From NCBI GenBank assembly GCA_963798825.1, contig CAWCVE010000003.1, positions 19,250-83,249 of the forward strand: a DNA stretch of 64,000 nt, given 5' to 3'. The notes beneath the pieces were generated by a model. It was given only the letters and a program-made list of their open reading frames with translations. It was not told the origin of the DNA and did not search any database. The stretch comes from an uncultured Alphaproteobacteria bacterium. GTDB lineage: Bacteria > Pseudomonadota > Alphaproteobacteria > Rhizobiales > Xanthobacteraceae. The position numbers and the translations under genes are program-made. Below are positions 1-10,523 of this stretch, piece by piece; within the stretch, counting starts at the first letter, position 1; each line of letters starts with the position of its first letter.

Positions 1-530
1 CCGAGGTTTTTCTTCAGCGATTCCAGTGCCGCAAAGGGGTGTTCGCCGGCATCTTCGACCTCGGGCGGGGCAAATTCCGCGCCCGCCTTACGCGGATAGG
101 GATCGACCCCCAAGATCAGGAATTCGGCCGCCAGCGCGCCCAGGTCCAGGGTGCTACCGACCAGCGGTTCCGGCGGCTCATCGGCGTTTGGCGACCGTTT
201 ACGGGCCTTTTTTGGCCTAGTCTGCATGCCACCAGCCGGCGCGGGCGCGAATTCGACATCGACCGCCTCACGGATGGCACTTTCGATCGGTTCGAGCGTC
301 ACCACACAGGTTTGTCCGACGCGGGCGCTGACTTGGCCGGTGACGTGGACGCCGGCGCCTTGCCGGGTCAGGTCGAATTCGGCGGAAAGCTCCGGCAATT
401 CGCGCAAATCCGCAAGCTCGGCGAGCTCGCCGCGGACGCCCGCCGGGGCCTCGATCGCCATATGCAGACCGGTGTCCGGGATGTCTTCCACGACCACCGG
501 CACGCTCCAGGGGTTACCTGTTTTCTTCAT
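1..530 (-). CDS. YceD/DUF177 family protein (3' end runs off window)
   Basis: Minus-strand ORF from ATG at 530 (MKKTGNPWSVPVVVEDIPDTGLHMAIEAPAG...) stays open to base 1. It is absent from the track because no stop lies in the window. It is the usual neighbour of the cyt-c chaperone/BamE genes. Confidence 0.7.
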   Translation of the reverse strand, partial: MKKTGNPWSVPVVVEDIPDTGLHMAIEAPAGVRGELAELADLRELPELSAEFDLTRQGAGVHVTGQVSARVGQTCVVTLEPIESAIREAVDVEFAPAPAGGMQTRPKKARKRSPNADEPPEPLVGSTLDLGALAAEFLILGVDPYPRKAGAEFAPPEVEDAGEHPFAALESLKKNL

Positions 531-543
531 CAAAATAAGGCTC

Positions 544-1092
544 TTAACTGGTGACTGCCGGGATATCAGCCGGCTTCGCAAAGTGCAGTTCGCCGGCGGC
601 CAGGCGCGCGGACGGCTGCGCGTCGAGTTCACGTAACGCCTCCCGTGTATAGGCCGCAAGGCGGGCTGCTGGCGCCGCAGGCGACCCGCCATAGACGTTG
701 CGCGCCAGAGCCTCCACCAGCCCGCCGTCGCCTTTGGCCGCCCAGGCCGCCTGGTAGGCCTGCGAGCGGCCATAAAAGGCCTCGCCCAGGCGCCGCATCT
801 CCTTGGGTACTTTCAGGTCGCCAACACCCATTTCCCGTAAATTGTGATCCATATCCTGGCAAAACCGGTCAAAAATACCCTGCCCGAGGTCCTGCAAAGT
901 CGGCTCCCGCGCCAGGCGGTCGAGCACCATAGCCAGGTGCAGCACGATCAGGTCAAAACGGCCGTTAACCGTGTCGGCGACGGCATAGTCGCGATAAAAA
1001 GTCGGCAATCGCGCCTGCGCCACGATCATGCCATACAGGGTGGAAATGGTGTCGGGACCGCGTGGCTCACGGCGAAAGAGGGGAAAGATCAT
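544..1092 (-). CDS. ubiquinol-cytochrome c chaperone (CBP3-like) family protein
   Basis: 182-aa ORF with RFDLIVLHLAMVLDRL...FCQDMDHNLREMGVGD, typical of the Ubiq_cyt_C_chap domain. Confidence 0.8.
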   Translation of the reverse strand: MIFPLFRREPRGPDTISTLYGMIVAQARLPTFYRDYAVADTVNGRFDLIVLHLAMVLDRLAREPTLQDLGQGIFDRFCQDMDHNLREMGVGDLKVPKEMRRLGEAFYGRSQAYQAAWAAKGDGGLVEALARNVYGGSPAAPAARLAAYTREALRELDAQPSARLAAGELHFAKPADIPAVTS

Positions 1093-1161
1093 TGCGTTGA
1101 TTTGGGGTAGACCGGGGCTGCCGCCCGGTTAGGTGAACGCCCCCGCCGATGCAAGATCGAA

Positions 1162-1644
1162 ATGACGGTGCCGCGTTTGAGGTCGAAGACTGCTCAAAAT
1201 AGCCATGGATCGATCCGGCTTGCGCTGGCGCTCGCCTGCGGCTTGGCGCTTGCCGGCTGCGGCAGCTTCACCGAGACCTTGCAGCGCGGCTATGTGGCGC
1301 AGGAAGGCACCCTCGAACAGATCCCGATCGGCGCCACCCAGGAGCAGGTCCTGATCGTGCTCGGCACGCCCTCGACCGTCGCCACCGTGAGCGGCGAGGC
1401 GTTCTATTATATTTCGCAGACCTCGCAGCGGGCGGCGGCCTTCATGCCCTACGAGGTGAGAGACCAGCGCGTCATCGCGGTTTATTTCGACAAAAATCGC
1501 CGGGTGGAGAAGCTCGCCTATTACGGCCTCAAGGACGGAAAAATCTTCGACTTCCTGTCGCAGACGACGGCGACCGGCGGCCGTGACGTCGAATATCTGC
1601 GCCACGTCTTCCAGAGCCTGAGGCCCAGCCTCGGTGGCGGCTGA
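1162..1644 (+). CDS. bamE: outer membrane protein assembly factor BamE (SmpA/OmlA)
   Basis: Lipoprotein signal LALAGC followed by GYVAQEGTLEQIPIGATQEQVLIVLGTPS. The start codon is uncertain. Confidence 0.8.
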   Translation: MTVPRLRSKTAQNSHGSIRLALALACGLALAGCGSFTETLQRGYVAQEGTLEQIPIGATQEQVLIVLGTPSTVATVSGEAFYYISQTSQRAAAFMPYEVRDQRVIAVYFDKNRRVEKLAYYGLKDGKIFDFLSQTTATGGRDVEYLRHVFQSLRPSLGGG

Positions 1645-1676
1645 GCGCGCGAGGCTCGCGTGCGCCGGATATACAA

Positions 1677-1710
1677 AAGGGCCCGCACCGCGCGGGCCCT
1701 TGGTCGTTTT
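1677..1710. terminator. bidirectional rho-independent terminator between convergent bamE and hppA
   Basis: 10-bp perfect stem AAGGGCCCGC/GCGGGCCCTT with a 5-nt loop. It is flanked by an A-run upstream and GGTCGTTTT downstream. Confidence 0.6.
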
Positions 1711-1729
1711 GCGACGATGCGCTTTCGGC

Positions 1730-3850
1730 TTAGTGCGCCAGCACCGCTAGCAGTAGCAGCGCCACGATGTTGGTGATCTTGATCATCGGGTTCACCGCCG
1801 GCCCCGCCGTGTCCTTGTAGGGATCGCCGACGGTGTCGCCGGTCACCGCCGCCTTGTGGGCGTCGGAACCCTTGCCGCCATAATGGCCGTCCTCGATATA
1901 TTTCTTGGCATTATCCCAGGCGCCGCCGCCGGACGTCATCGAGATGGCGACGAACAAACCCGTCACGATCACGCCGAGCAGCATGGCGCCGACCGCCGAG
2001 AAGCCGGCCGACTTGCCGGGGGCGCCGCCGCCCGCGATCAGATAGATCGCGAAGTAGCAGACGATCGGCGAGAGCACCGGCAGCAGCGACGGCACGATCA
2101 TTTCGCGGATCGCGGCCTTGGTGAGCATGTCGACCGCGCGGCCGTAGTCGGGCTTCTCCTTGCCCTTCATGATGCCCGGATGTTCGCGGAACTGCCGGCG
2201 CACCTCTTCGACGATCGCCCCGGCGGCGCGGCCGACCGCGGTCATGCCCATCGAGGCAAACAGATAAGGCAGCAAGCCGCCGAACAGCAGACCGACCACG
2301 ACGTAAGGGTTGGTCAGCGCGAAATCGAGCTTGACGCCGCTGAAGTAAGGATGCGCCGCGGTGTCCTTGGAGAAGAACAGCAGATCCTGATTATAGGCCG
2401 CAAACAGCACCAGCGCGCCCAAGCCGGCCGAGCCGATGGCATAGCCTTTGGTGATCGCCTTGGTGGTGTTGCCAACCGCGTCGAGCGCGTCGGTGTATTT
2501 GCGCACCGACTTCGCCAGCCCGGCCATCTCGGCAATGCCGCCGGCGTTGTCGGTGACCGGACCGAAGGCGTCGAGCGCGACCACCATGCCGGCGAGCGCC
2601 AGCATCGCGGTGACCGCGATCGCGATCCCGAACAAGCCAGCCTGGCCGTAGGACACCAGGATGCCGGCGATGATCACGATGGCCGGCAGCGCGGTGGATT
2701 CCAGCGAAATCGCCAAGCCTTGGATGACGTTAGTGCCGTGGCCGGTGACCGAGGACGCGGCGATCGACTTCACCGGGCGGAAGTTGGTGCCGGTGTAGTA
2801 TTCGGTGATCCAGATGATGAGGCCGGTCACCACCAGGCCGACGATGGCGCAGATGAACAGCGCCTGGCCGGTGAAGGGCACGCCCGGGATCGCGCCGAAG
2901 CCGACCAACCGGTAGGTGATGTACCAGATGGCGCCGAGCGAGAGCACCGCCGAGGCGATGAAGCCCTTGTAGAGCGCGCCCATGATCGACTGACTGGCGC
3001 CGAGCCGCACGAAGAATGTGCCGGCGATCGAGGTAATGATGCAGACGCCGCCGATGCCGAGCGGATAGGTCATCATGTTGAGCAGCTTCGGCGTGCCGGC
3101 GAAGAAGATCGAGGCCAGCACCATGGTGGCGACGATGGTCACCGCATAGGTCTCGAACAAATCGGCCGCCATGCCGGCGCAGTCGCCGACATTGTCGCCC
3201 ACGTTGTCGGCGATGGTGGCCGGGTTGCGCGGATCGTCTTCCGGAATGCCAGCTTCCACTTTGCCGACCAGATCGCCGCCGACATCGGCGCCCTTGGTGA
3301 AGATGCCGCCGCCGAGACGGGCGAAGATCGAGATCAGCGATGCGCCGAAACCGAGCGCGACCAGCGCGTCGATCACGGTGCGGTCGTTCGGCGCCATGCG
3401 CAGCGTGCCGGTGAGGAAGCCGAAATAAAGCGTGACGCCGAGCAGCGCCAGGCCCGCCACCAGCATGCCGGTGATCGCGCCCGACTTGAAGGCGAGCTCG
3501 AGCCCGCCGGCCAGCGTCTTGGTGGCGGCTTGCGCGACCCGCACGTTGGCGCGCACCGACACGTTCATGCCGATGAAGCCGGTGGCGCCCGAGAGCACCG
3601 CGCCGACCAGAAAGCCGATGGCGACCAGCCAGCCGAGCGTGAAGCCGAGGATGACGAAAATCACCACGCCGACCATGCCGATGGTGGTGTATTGGCGCTT
3701 GAGATAGGCCTGCGCGCCTTCGCGCACGGCGGCCGAAATGTCCTGCATCTTGGCGCTGCCGGCGTCCGCGCGCAGCACCGAGCCGGTGGCCCAGATGCCA
3801 TACAGAATCGCGAGCACGCCGCAGCCGACGATGATCCACAATGTGTTCAT
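1730..3850 (-). CDS. hppA: K+-insensitive H+-translocating pyrophosphatase
   Basis: Full-length multi-TM protein with [26 protein letters not shown] and [10 protein letters not shown] motifs. Start taken at MNTLWIIVG (ATG 3850) rather than the upstream track start. Confidence 0.95.
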   Translation of the reverse strand: MNTLWIIVGCGVLAILYGIWATGSVLRADAGSAKMQDISAAVREGAQAYLKRQYTTIGMVGVVIFVILGFTLGWLVAIGFLVGAVLSGATGFIGMNVSVRANVRVAQAATKTLAGGLELAFKSGAITGMLVAGLALLGVTLYFGFLTGTLRMAPNDRTVIDALVALGFGASLISIFARLGGGIFTKGADVGGDLVGKVEAGIPEDDPRNPATIADNVGDNVGDCAGMAADLFETYAVTIVATMVLASIFFAGTPKLLNMMTYPLGIGGVCIITSIAGTFFVRLGASQSIMGALYKGFIASAVLSLGAIWYITYRLVGFGAIPGVPFTGQALFICAIVGLVVTGLIIWITEYYTGTNFRPVKSIAASSVTGHGTNVIQGLAISLESTALPAIVIIAGILVSYGQAGLFGIAIAVTAMLALAGMVVALDAFGPVTDNAGGIAEMAGLAKSVRKYTDALDAVGNTTKAITKGYAIGSAGLGALVLFAAYNQDLLFFSKDTAAHPYFSGVKLDFALTNPYVVVGLLFGGLLPYLFASMGMTAVGRAAGAIVEEVRRQFREHPGIMKGKEKPDYGRAVDMLTKAAIREMIVPSLLPVLSPIVCYFAIYLIAGGGAPGKSAGFSAVGAMLLGVIVTGLFVAISMTSGGGAWDNAKKYIEDGHYGGKGSDAHKAAVTGDTVGDPYKDTAGPAVNPMIKITNIVALLLLAVLAH

Positions 3851-4039
3851 GGTTGCCCTCAACTTCGCTTGATATGGCAGGCGGGAAAAACGCTCCCGCC
3901 GGCACAGGAGCGTCGAGGATGGCCGCTTTGAGGGCGCTTCACCCCGACCGGGAAAGCGCGTGGATATAGCCAAAAAGGCGGCGGTAAGGCAACGCGGAAA
4001 GCATCCGAAATTACAGGTATTTTCGCGTCAGAGGACGAC

Positions 4040-5263
4040 TTAGACCGCCGCCGCACGCTCACGCTTACGAAGCGCCAGCCAGGCCAGCATGGCTCCGACC
4101 AGCAAGATGGTCGGGAAGATTACCTCGTTGATCGCCGCCCAGCCGAGATATTCCAGCATCTGGCCGGAAGAGAACGAGCTTACCGCCATACCGCCGAAGA
4201 TCAGGAAGTCGTTGAACGCCTGCACCTTGTTGCGTTCCTGCGGCCGGTGACACTGGGTCACCATGGAGGTGGCACCGATAAAGGCGAAATTCCAGCCGAA
4301 GCCGAGCAGCACCAGCGCGGTCCAGAAATGCGCCACCGTGATGCCGGAGATGCCGGCGACCGCGGCCAGCGCGATCAGCCCCAAGCCGATGCCGGTGATG
4401 CGCTCGACCCCGAAGCGCGCGATCAGCGTGCCGGTGAAGAAGCTCGGCGAATACATCGCCAGCACGTGCCACTGGATGCCGAGCGTGGCGTCGGTCACCG
4501 AATGGCCGCAGCCGACCATGGCGAGCGGCGCCGAAGTCATTAGCATGTTCATCATGGTGTAGCTCGCCATGCCGCAGGCGACCGCGACGATGAAGCGCGG
4601 CACGCGCACGATCTCGCCGAGCGGACGCGCCTGTTCGGCGCGCTGCGGCGGCAGTGGCGGGATTTTCACGAAGATCAACACCAGCGCGGCGATCGCCGCG
4701 CAGGCCGATTGGCCGAGATAGCTCGCCGCAAAGATATGCGGAGACAGAATATCCTTGGTGAAGATGACGAGCTGCGGCCCGATCACCGCGGCGAACACGC
4801 CGCCGGCCAAAACCCAGGAGACGACTTTGGGCCGGAAGGCTTCGCTCGCGGTATCGGCGGCGGCAAAGCGGTAGGAGTTGTGCGCGGCGGCATAAAGCCC
4901 GCCGCAAAACGTGCCGACCAGCAGCAGCCAGAACTTTCCGTCCATCACCGCCGAATAGGAAATCAGCCCGGACAAAATGCCGAACGCCGAGCCGGTCTGC
5001 AGCGCGAAACGCCGGCCGAATCTCCGGGCTAGTGCGCCCACCGGCAGCGAGCCGAGCCACATGCCGATCACCATGGCGGTGATCGGCAGCGTCGCCAGGC
5101 CCTTGTCGGGAGCAAGGATCGCACCGACGATCGAGGCGGTCGAGACAATGACGGTGTTGTTGCCGCCAGCAAGCGCCTGCCCCACCGCCAGCACCATGGC
5201 GTTGCGGCGCGCCAGGCGGTCGTCGATGGTTGTGTACTGGATGGGCTCGGCGACCGCCGACAT
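4040..5263 (-). CDS. MFS transporter
   Basis: 407-aa, roughly 12-TM hydrophobic protein with an MFS-like loop motif GALARRFGRR. Confidence 0.8.
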   Translation of the reverse strand: MSAVAEPIQYTTIDDRLARRNAMVLAVGQALAGGNNTVIVSTASIVGAILAPDKGLATLPITAMVIGMWLGSLPVGALARRFGRRFALQTGSAFGILSGLISYSAVMDGKFWLLLVGTFCGGLYAAAHNSYRFAAADTASEAFRPKVVSWVLAGGVFAAVIGPQLVIFTKDILSPHIFAASYLGQSACAAIAALVLIFVKIPPLPPQRAEQARPLGEIVRVPRFIVAVACGMASYTMMNMLMTSAPLAMVGCGHSVTDATLGIQWHVLAMYSPSFFTGTLIARFGVERITGIGLGLIALAAVAGISGITVAHFWTALVLLGFGWNFAFIGATSMVTQCHRPQERNKVQAFNDFLIFGGMAVSSFSSGQMLEYLGWAAINEVIFPTILLVGAMLAWLALRKRERAAAV

Positions 5264-5360
5264 GGAGGAATCCCCGGAAATTCGGTTCTCCTTCTAGCGG
5301 CGTTCGGAGAATATCACCATTGCCGGCAGTGCAGGGCTGCTTTGCCCCTGCCCGCCCGGC

Positions 5361-6623
5361 CTAGTCGTTGCGGTCGAAGCGCCAGGCGCCGGGGTGGCGG
5401 ATCACGGCGTCGCGCGCTTCGTCGAGCGAGCGGGCGCCGATCTGGCCGAGCGAGGAACGCAATTCGTCGATGTAAAGATCGATCAGGTGCCCCGGCCCGG
5501 CATCGCCGAGCGCGCCGACCGCCCACAAAAACGACTTGCCGGCGAAAGCCGCCTTGGCGCCGAGCGCGAGCGCGCGCATCACGTCCTGACCGGAGCGGAT
5601 GCCGCTGTCGAGCACGACGGTCGCTTTGCGCCCGACCGCCGCGACGATCGCCGGCAGCACGTCGATCGACGGAGCCAGCGCCTCGATCTGCCTCCCGCCG
5701 TGATTCGACACCCAGATGCCTTCGATGCCGAGCGCCACCGCCTTTTCGGCGTCGGCCGGGTGCAGGATGCCCTTCACCAGCATCGGCCCCTTCCACTTGT
5801 CGCGGTAGCGCGCGACTTCTTCCCAGGAGAAGACGCCGCCCATGTTCTTGCGCGCGAAAGTGATGACCTCGTTGGTGCTGCGCGCGCCGTCGACATATTG
5901 CCGGATGGTGGCAAAGCGCGGGTAGCCGTTGCGCAACAGCGCCAGCAGCCATTTCGGCCGCACAAGCATCTCGTACATCATGCGCGGGGTCGGACGGAAT
6001 TCGCGCCCCAAGCCGGCGTAACTTTCGCGCGTGCGCGTGGTGCGCACCGGCACGTCGATGGTGAGCGCCAACGCTTTGACGCCGGCAGCCGTCGCGCGCT
6101 TGATAATGTCAAAGCCGATGGCGTGATCGTTCTGGAAAAAACGATAGAGCTGCAGCCAAAACACGTCGGGCGCGACTTTGGCGACCTCCTCGATGGTGGC
6201 ACCACCGGCGACGCCGAGCGTATATGGCACGCGCGCGCGCTGCGCCGCCTTCGCCATCAACAGATCGGCGCCCGGCCATACCAACGAGGGGCCGCCCATC
6301 GGCGCGATGCCTATTGGTGCCGAATAGCGGGTGCCGAACAATTCCACCTCGGTCGGCGGCACCGTGGTAATGGCGCCGTAGCGCGGGACTACCTTGATGG
6401 CGTCGAAGGCCGCCCAATTGTGCGCGATGCCGATGTCGGCGCCGGCGCCGGTGTCGCCATATTCGAACGAAAAGCGCGGCACGTTCTTGGGCGCGCGCGC
6501 GCGCAAATAGGCCGAACTCGGGTACTGCCGATGCAGCGCCTCGAAATTCGGACCGATCCCCTCAGGGAAGTGCCCGATCGCTTTTTTATCCGGCATGTCG
6601 TGCATGATGTTTCCCGCTCCCAT
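5361..6623 (-). CDS. FMN-dependent alpha-hydroxy acid dehydrogenase/oxidase family protein
   Basis: Motifs VSNHGGRQ, LDSGIRSG.DV.KALALGA and TIDVPVRTTR are typical of the lactate/mandelate dehydrogenase (FMN_dh) family. Confidence 0.85.
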   Translation of the reverse strand: MGAGNIMHDMPDKKAIGHFPEGIGPNFEALHRQYPSSAYLRARAPKNVPRFSFEYGDTGAGADIGIAHNWAAFDAIKVVPRYGAITTVPPTEVELFGTRYSAPIGIAPMGGPSLVWPGADLLMAKAAQRARVPYTLGVAGGATIEEVAKVAPDVFWLQLYRFFQNDHAIGFDIIKRATAAGVKALALTIDVPVRTTRTRESYAGLGREFRPTPRMMYEMLVRPKWLLALLRNGYPRFATIRQYVDGARSTNEVITFARKNMGGVFSWEEVARYRDKWKGPMLVKGILHPADAEKAVALGIEGIWVSNHGGRQIEALAPSIDVLPAIVAAVGRKATVVLDSGIRSGQDVMRALALGAKAAFAGKSFLWAVGALGDAGPGHLIDLYIDELRSSLGQIGARSLDEARDAVIRHPGAWRFDRND

Positions 6624-6666
6624 TTTCTTATTATAGCCCGCCCGTGCGCCCTACGTCCCGGCCATT

Positions 6667-7662
6667 TCAGAAGTGGCTGAAGGAGGCGCGCTTGAAGGCG
6701 AGCGCCTGCCCATGGCTGTCCACGAAGCGGACACCCCCGCCCGCCTTGATTTGCCCGATTTCGGCGACCGCGACATTGGCCGCTTTGGCCGCGGCGCGGA
6801 AGCTGTCGACCTTGCCAGCGGGCACAGTGCAGACGATTTCGTAATCGTCGCCACCGGTAAGCGCGGTCTCCAGCATGGCCGGCTCGGCGGCGATCACAGC
6901 CTTGGCCTCATCGGAGAGCGGCACGCGCGCGACCTCGATCTCGGCGGCAACTTGCGAGGCGCGCGCGAGCTTGGCGAAATCGCCGGCCAGCCCATCGGAC
7001 ACATCCATGGCAGCCGAGGCATGCGTGCGCACGGCTTCGGCCAGCGCGTTGCGCGGCTGCGGCAGCAGATAACGCGACAGCAGATGCTGGCGCTGCACAT
7101 CGCCGAGTTTCCAGGCCGCGCCCGCGTCAGCTTTTTTGCGCAGCACGACGCCGAGCGCGGCGTCGCCGATGCTGCCGCTGACGAACACAGCGTCGCCCGG
7201 CTTGGCGCCGGCGCGCCGAACCATGGTTCGTTCCGGCACGCTGCCGAACATGGCGATGGAAATCGTGATCGGACCTGGCGTGCGATCGGTGTCGCCGCCG
7301 AACAGCGCGCAGCCGAACGCAACCGCGTCGTCGCGCAATCCGCTGGCGAAACCGACAAGCCAGTCATCGCCAATCTCTTTGGGCAGCGCCAGCGACAACA
7401 GGAAGCCGAGCGGCTTGGCCCCCTTGGCGGCCAAATCGGACAAGTTCACCCGCAGCGCCTTGCGCGCCACGTCAGCCGCAGCGTCTTCGGGGAAAAAATG
7501 CACGCCGCCGATGATGGCGTCGGTCTTGAGCACCAGATCGCAACCTGGCGGCGGCTTGATGAAAGCGGCATCGTCGCCAAGGCCGAGCGCGCCCGGGTGG
7601 GTCGCGATCGGGGCGAAGTGGCGTGCGATCAGGCGGTCTTCGGCTGACGGTTCGTCGGCCAT
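6667..7662 (-). CDS. thiL: thiamine-monophosphate kinase
   Basis: AIR-synthase-like fold motifs GDDAAFI, KTDAIIGGVHF and GGDT. Start at MADEPSAEDRLIARHF (ATG 7662). It sits immediately downstream of nusB, the usual arrangement. Confidence 0.9.
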   Translation of the reverse strand: MADEPSAEDRLIARHFAPIATHPGALGLGDDAAFIKPPPGCDLVLKTDAIIGGVHFFPEDAAADVARKALRVNLSDLAAKGAKPLGFLLSLALPKEIGDDWLVGFASGLRDDAVAFGCALFGGDTDRTPGPITISIAMFGSVPERTMVRRAGAKPGDAVFVSGSIGDAALGVVLRKKADAGAAWKLGDVQRQHLLSRYLLPQPRNALAEAVRTHASAAMDVSDGLAGDFAKLARASQVAAEIEVARVPLSDEAKAVIAAEPAMLETALTGGDDYEIVCTVPAGKVDSFRAAAKAANVAVAEIGQIKAGGGVRFVDSHGQALAFKRASFSHF

Positions 7663-7666
7663 GGTG

Positions 7667-8155
7667 TCACCCGGCAAATTCCGCCGCGCGCAGCTTGCGC
7701 GCCAGTTGGTCGAGCACGGCGTTGACCATGCCGGTCTCGTCGCGCTCGACGAAGGCGGCCGCGACGTCGGCATATTCCGAAACCACCACACGCGCCGGCA
7801 CGTCGCGCCGGTGGTCGAGTTCGTAACAGCCGGCGCGCAGCGCAGCGCGCAGCACCGCCTCGATGCGCTTGAGCGGCCAGCTTTTGGCCAAGGCCTCGTC
7901 GATGATCGGATCGAGCGTAAGTTGTTCGCGCACCACGCCGGAGACGATGTCGCGGAAGAACGCGGCCTCCGCCGGCAGATATTGCTCGCCTTCGACCTCG
8001 CGGCCGATCCAGTAGCTTTCGAAGTCGGCGAGAATTTCGTTCAAGCCGGTGCCGGCGAGATCCATCTGGTAGAGCGCCTGCACCGCCGCCAATCGCGCCG
8101 CGCCGCGTTTGTTCGCCTTGCGCGCGTCCTTGTCTACTGGCGCGCTCTTGGCCAT
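7667..8155 (-). CDS. nusB: transcription antitermination factor NusB
   Basis: 162 aa with ARLAAVQALYQMD...; lies in the ribH-nusB-thiL arrangement. Confidence 0.95.
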   Translation of the reverse strand: MAKSAPVDKDARKANKRGAARLAAVQALYQMDLAGTGLNEILADFESYWIGREVEGEQYLPAEAAFFRDIVSGVVREQLTLDPIIDEALAKSWPLKRIEAVLRAALRAGCYELDHRRDVPARVVVSEYADVAAAFVERDETGMVNAVLDQLARKLRAAEFAG

Positions 8156-8635
8156 CTATTTGCCCGCGAGACTTTGCTTAAGCGCGATCATGGCGAGCGC
8201 CGCGCACGCGGCGCTGGCCCCTTTGTTGCGGCCGTCGTCGGTCGAACGCGCCAGCGCTTGCGCCTCGTTGTCGACGGTGAGAATGCCGTTGCCGAGCGGG
8301 ATCTGGCGCGTGACGCTCAAATCCATCAGGCCGCGCGCCAACTCGTTCGCCACCAGGTCGAAATGATAGGTCTCGCCCTGGATCACGCAGCCGAGCGCGA
8401 CCACGCCGTCATAGGGCGCTTTCTTGCGCTGCGCGGCGTCGACCGTCATGGCGATGGCCGCCGGCACTTCGAGCGCGCCCGGCACGGCGATACGGTCGTA
8501 TTGCGCGCCGGCCTCCTCGAGCACGCGCGTCGCGCCCTTGAGCAGCGCGTCGGCGATGTGCTCGTAAAAGCGCGCTTCCACGATCAGCACGCGCAATGGC
8601 GCGCGCTTTTTCGCGCCGCTGGTCTTCTTGGCCAT
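8156..8635 (-). CDS. ribH: 6,7-dimethyl-8-ribityllumazine synthase
   Basis: [22 protein letters not shown]...VPGALEVP...[12 protein letters not shown]. Start at MAKKTSG (ATG 8635). Confidence 0.95.
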   Translation of the reverse strand: MAKKTSGAKKRAPLRVLIVEARFYEHIADALLKGATRVLEEAGAQYDRIAVPGALEVPAAIAMTVDAAQRKKAPYDGVVALGCVIQGETYHFDLVANELARGLMDLSVTRQIPLGNGILTVDNEAQALARSTDDGRNKGASAACAALAMIALKQSLAGK

Positions 8636-8701
8636 GTGTTCATGGTTCCTTGTTGAGCCGCGTCCTAGCAAGCGCCCGCGGCGGCGACAAGCCATCCGCT
8701 C

Positions 8702-8777
8702 GTCCCCGCGAAAGCGGGGACCCAGGGCTGCAAATCGCGCCCGTGCATCGTAGCTCTGGATTCCCGCTTGCGCGGGA
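8702..8777. repeat. REP-like GC-rich hairpin pair in the ribH-ribE spacer
   Basis: Two hairpins: GTCCCCGC-GAAA-GCGGGGAC (8702-8721) and TCCCGC-TTGC-GCGGGA (8762-8777). These are the short palindromes typical of Bradyrhizobiaceae intergenic repeats. Confidence 0.5.
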
Positions 8778-8798
8778 TTGAGCGGAGTTTGTTGCGCT

Positions 8799-9405
8799 CT
8801 ATTTCGTATCCATAAGCCGCGCCGCATAGCGCGCCATGGTGTCGATTTCGAGATTGACGTCGTCGCCTTGGCGCAGCGCCCCGAACGTGGTCACGGCAAG
8901 CGTGTGCGGGATGATTAGCACCGAGAAGATGTCGCCCGCGACTTCGTTGACCGTGAGCGAGACGCCGTCGAGCCGCGACCGAACCTTTGGGCGCGATGAA
9001 ACGCGCCAGCGGGCCCGGCGCGCGCAGGCGAAAGCGCGCCATATCGGTCATCTCCTCGCGCGCAACGACGCTCGCGAGCCCATCGACATGGCCGGCAACC
9101 AGATGGCCGCCTAGTTCGTCGCCCAGTTTGAGCGAGCGTTCGAGATTGATGCGTCTACCGTGCCGCCAGCGGCCGACCGTGGTCAGCGCCAAGGTCTCGG
9201 CCGCCGCATCGACCGCAAACCAGGTGCGGCTGTCCTCTTCACCGGTGCCCACCACCGTCATGCAGACGCCGGAACACGCGATCGAGGCGCCTTCGATCAG
9301 TTCGGCGCGCGGATAATCGCAGGCGATGGTGATGCGGTACAGATTGTCGGCGCGCGGCTTGACCGACCGCACTTCGCCCATGTCGGTGACAATGCCGGTG
9401 AACAC
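8799..9405 (-). pseudogene. ribE: riboflavin synthase alpha subunit, interrupted by an apparent 1-nt insertion near 8971-8977
   Basis: GTG start at 9405 gives (M)FTGIVTDMGEV...FIAPKGSVA. After ...GTC GCG G the conserved continuation [29 protein letters not shown]...[12 protein letters not shown] lies in the +1 frame. The span is 607 nt, which is 3n+1. Confidence 0.85.
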
Positions 9406-9406
9406 G

Positions 9407-10474
9407 TCAGGCCTTCTCGAATATTTCGAGCGTGTCGGGCCCGAGCTTTTCGCTGCCGCGCGCCTGCAATTGCCCGGTAAAACCGTCGAGCGGCATGCCT
9501 TCGAGCGGATCGATGCCGTCGGCGCCGATATTCTTTGCTCCGCGCAGCAGCGCCAGTTCGTCCACCAGCGCGGCGGCAGCAAAAGCGCCGGCGACCTTGG
9601 GGCCGCCTTCCACCATCAGCCGGGTGATGCCCTGCTCGGCCAGCACTTTGAGCACTTCGTCGAGATCGAGCCGCCCGTCCGCATCGCCGACACGGAATAC
9701 TTTGCAGCCTTTCTGCTGCAAAATTTCCTCGGCGATGGCCGACGGCTTGCGCGAGGTGAACACCCAGGTCGGCGTTTCGCGCACCGTGGCCACCACCGAC
9801 GTCGCCAGCGGCAGCTTCAAGGTCGCGTCGAGCACCACGCGTACCGGCGAGCGCTCGAACATTCCCGGCAGGCGGCAACTAAGCTGCGGATTATCGGACA
9901 GCACAGTGCCGATGCCGACCAAAATGGCGTCGCTCGCCGCGCGCATCTGGAACACGCGCACGCGTGCCGCCTCGCCGGTGATCGCCGCCAGCTTGCGGCC
10001 GGCGAGCCCCGCCTTGCAGTCGGCCGACACCGCGAGCTTGAGCAAGATATAAGGCCGGCCGTTGGTAACGCGCATGATGTGGCCAGCGTGCACGCGGCGC
10101 GCTTCCTCTTCGCCGAGGCCGACATCGACCGCGACGCCCTTGTCGCGCAGCTTGGCGTGGCCTTTGCCGGCGACTTCCGGATTGGGGTCCTCCAGCGCCG
10201 ACACCACGCGCGCGATGCCGGCCTTGTTGATGGCGTCGGCGCAAGGCGGCGTCTTGCCCTGATGCGAGCACGGCTCGAGCGTGACATACATGGTGGCACC
10301 CTGCGCCGACTTCTTGGCGTGGCGCAACGCCTCGACCTCGGCATGCGGACGGCCGCCGGATTGCGTCCAGCCGCGGCCGACGATGACATTGTCTTTGACG
10401 ATCACCGCGCCGACCGACGGATTGGGCCAGGTATTGCCCAGGCCGCGGCGGCCGAGCGTGAAGGCCAGCGCCAT
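9407..10474 (-). CDS. ribD: bifunctional diaminohydroxyphosphoribosylaminopyrimidine deaminase / 5-amino-6-(5-phosphoribosylamino)uracil reductase
   Basis: PNPSVGAVIV, HAEVEAL and LEPCSHQGKTPPC deaminase motifs plus a reductase domain. First in-frame ATG after the nrdR stop is 10474 (MALAFTLGRRGLG). Confidence 0.9.
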   Translation of the reverse strand: MALAFTLGRRGLGNTWPNPSVGAVIVKDNVIVGRGWTQSGGRPHAEVEALRHAKKSAQGATMYVTLEPCSHQGKTPPCADAINKAGIARVVSALEDPNPEVAGKGHAKLRDKGVAVDVGLGEEEARRVHAGHIMRVTNGRPYILLKLAVSADCKAGLAGRKLAAITGEAARVRVFQMRAASDAILVGIGTVLSDNPQLSCRLPGMFERSPVRVVLDATLKLPLATSVVATVRETPTWVFTSRKPSAIAEEILQQKGCKVFRVGDADGRLDLDEVLKVLAEQGITRLMVEGGPKVAGAFAAAALVDELALLRGAKNIGADGIDPLEGMPLDGFTGQLQARGSEKLGPDTLEIFEKA

Positions 10475-10523
10475 GAAACGCGCGTCGTCCGCCGCGTCGC
10501 GGCGCTCTGCTCGGCTGGCAGGC

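Noticed and set aside
1856-3931. 691-aa plus-strand ORF, with similar giants at 5394-6680, 7136-8656, 9326-10684, 11286-12461, 22883-23911, 27283-29106, 45532-47433, 50894-51982 and 58989-59921
   Set aside because: All lie antisense to, or out of frame with, well-supported conserved genes. Their products are low-complexity Arg/Ala/Gly/His-rich strings typical of shadow frames in high-GC DNA.
8665-9582. 305-aa ORF presented as a single long protein
   Set aside because: It is ribE read through its frameshift into the REP hairpins, with an upstream extension overlapping the ribD 3' end. It is not a real extended protein.
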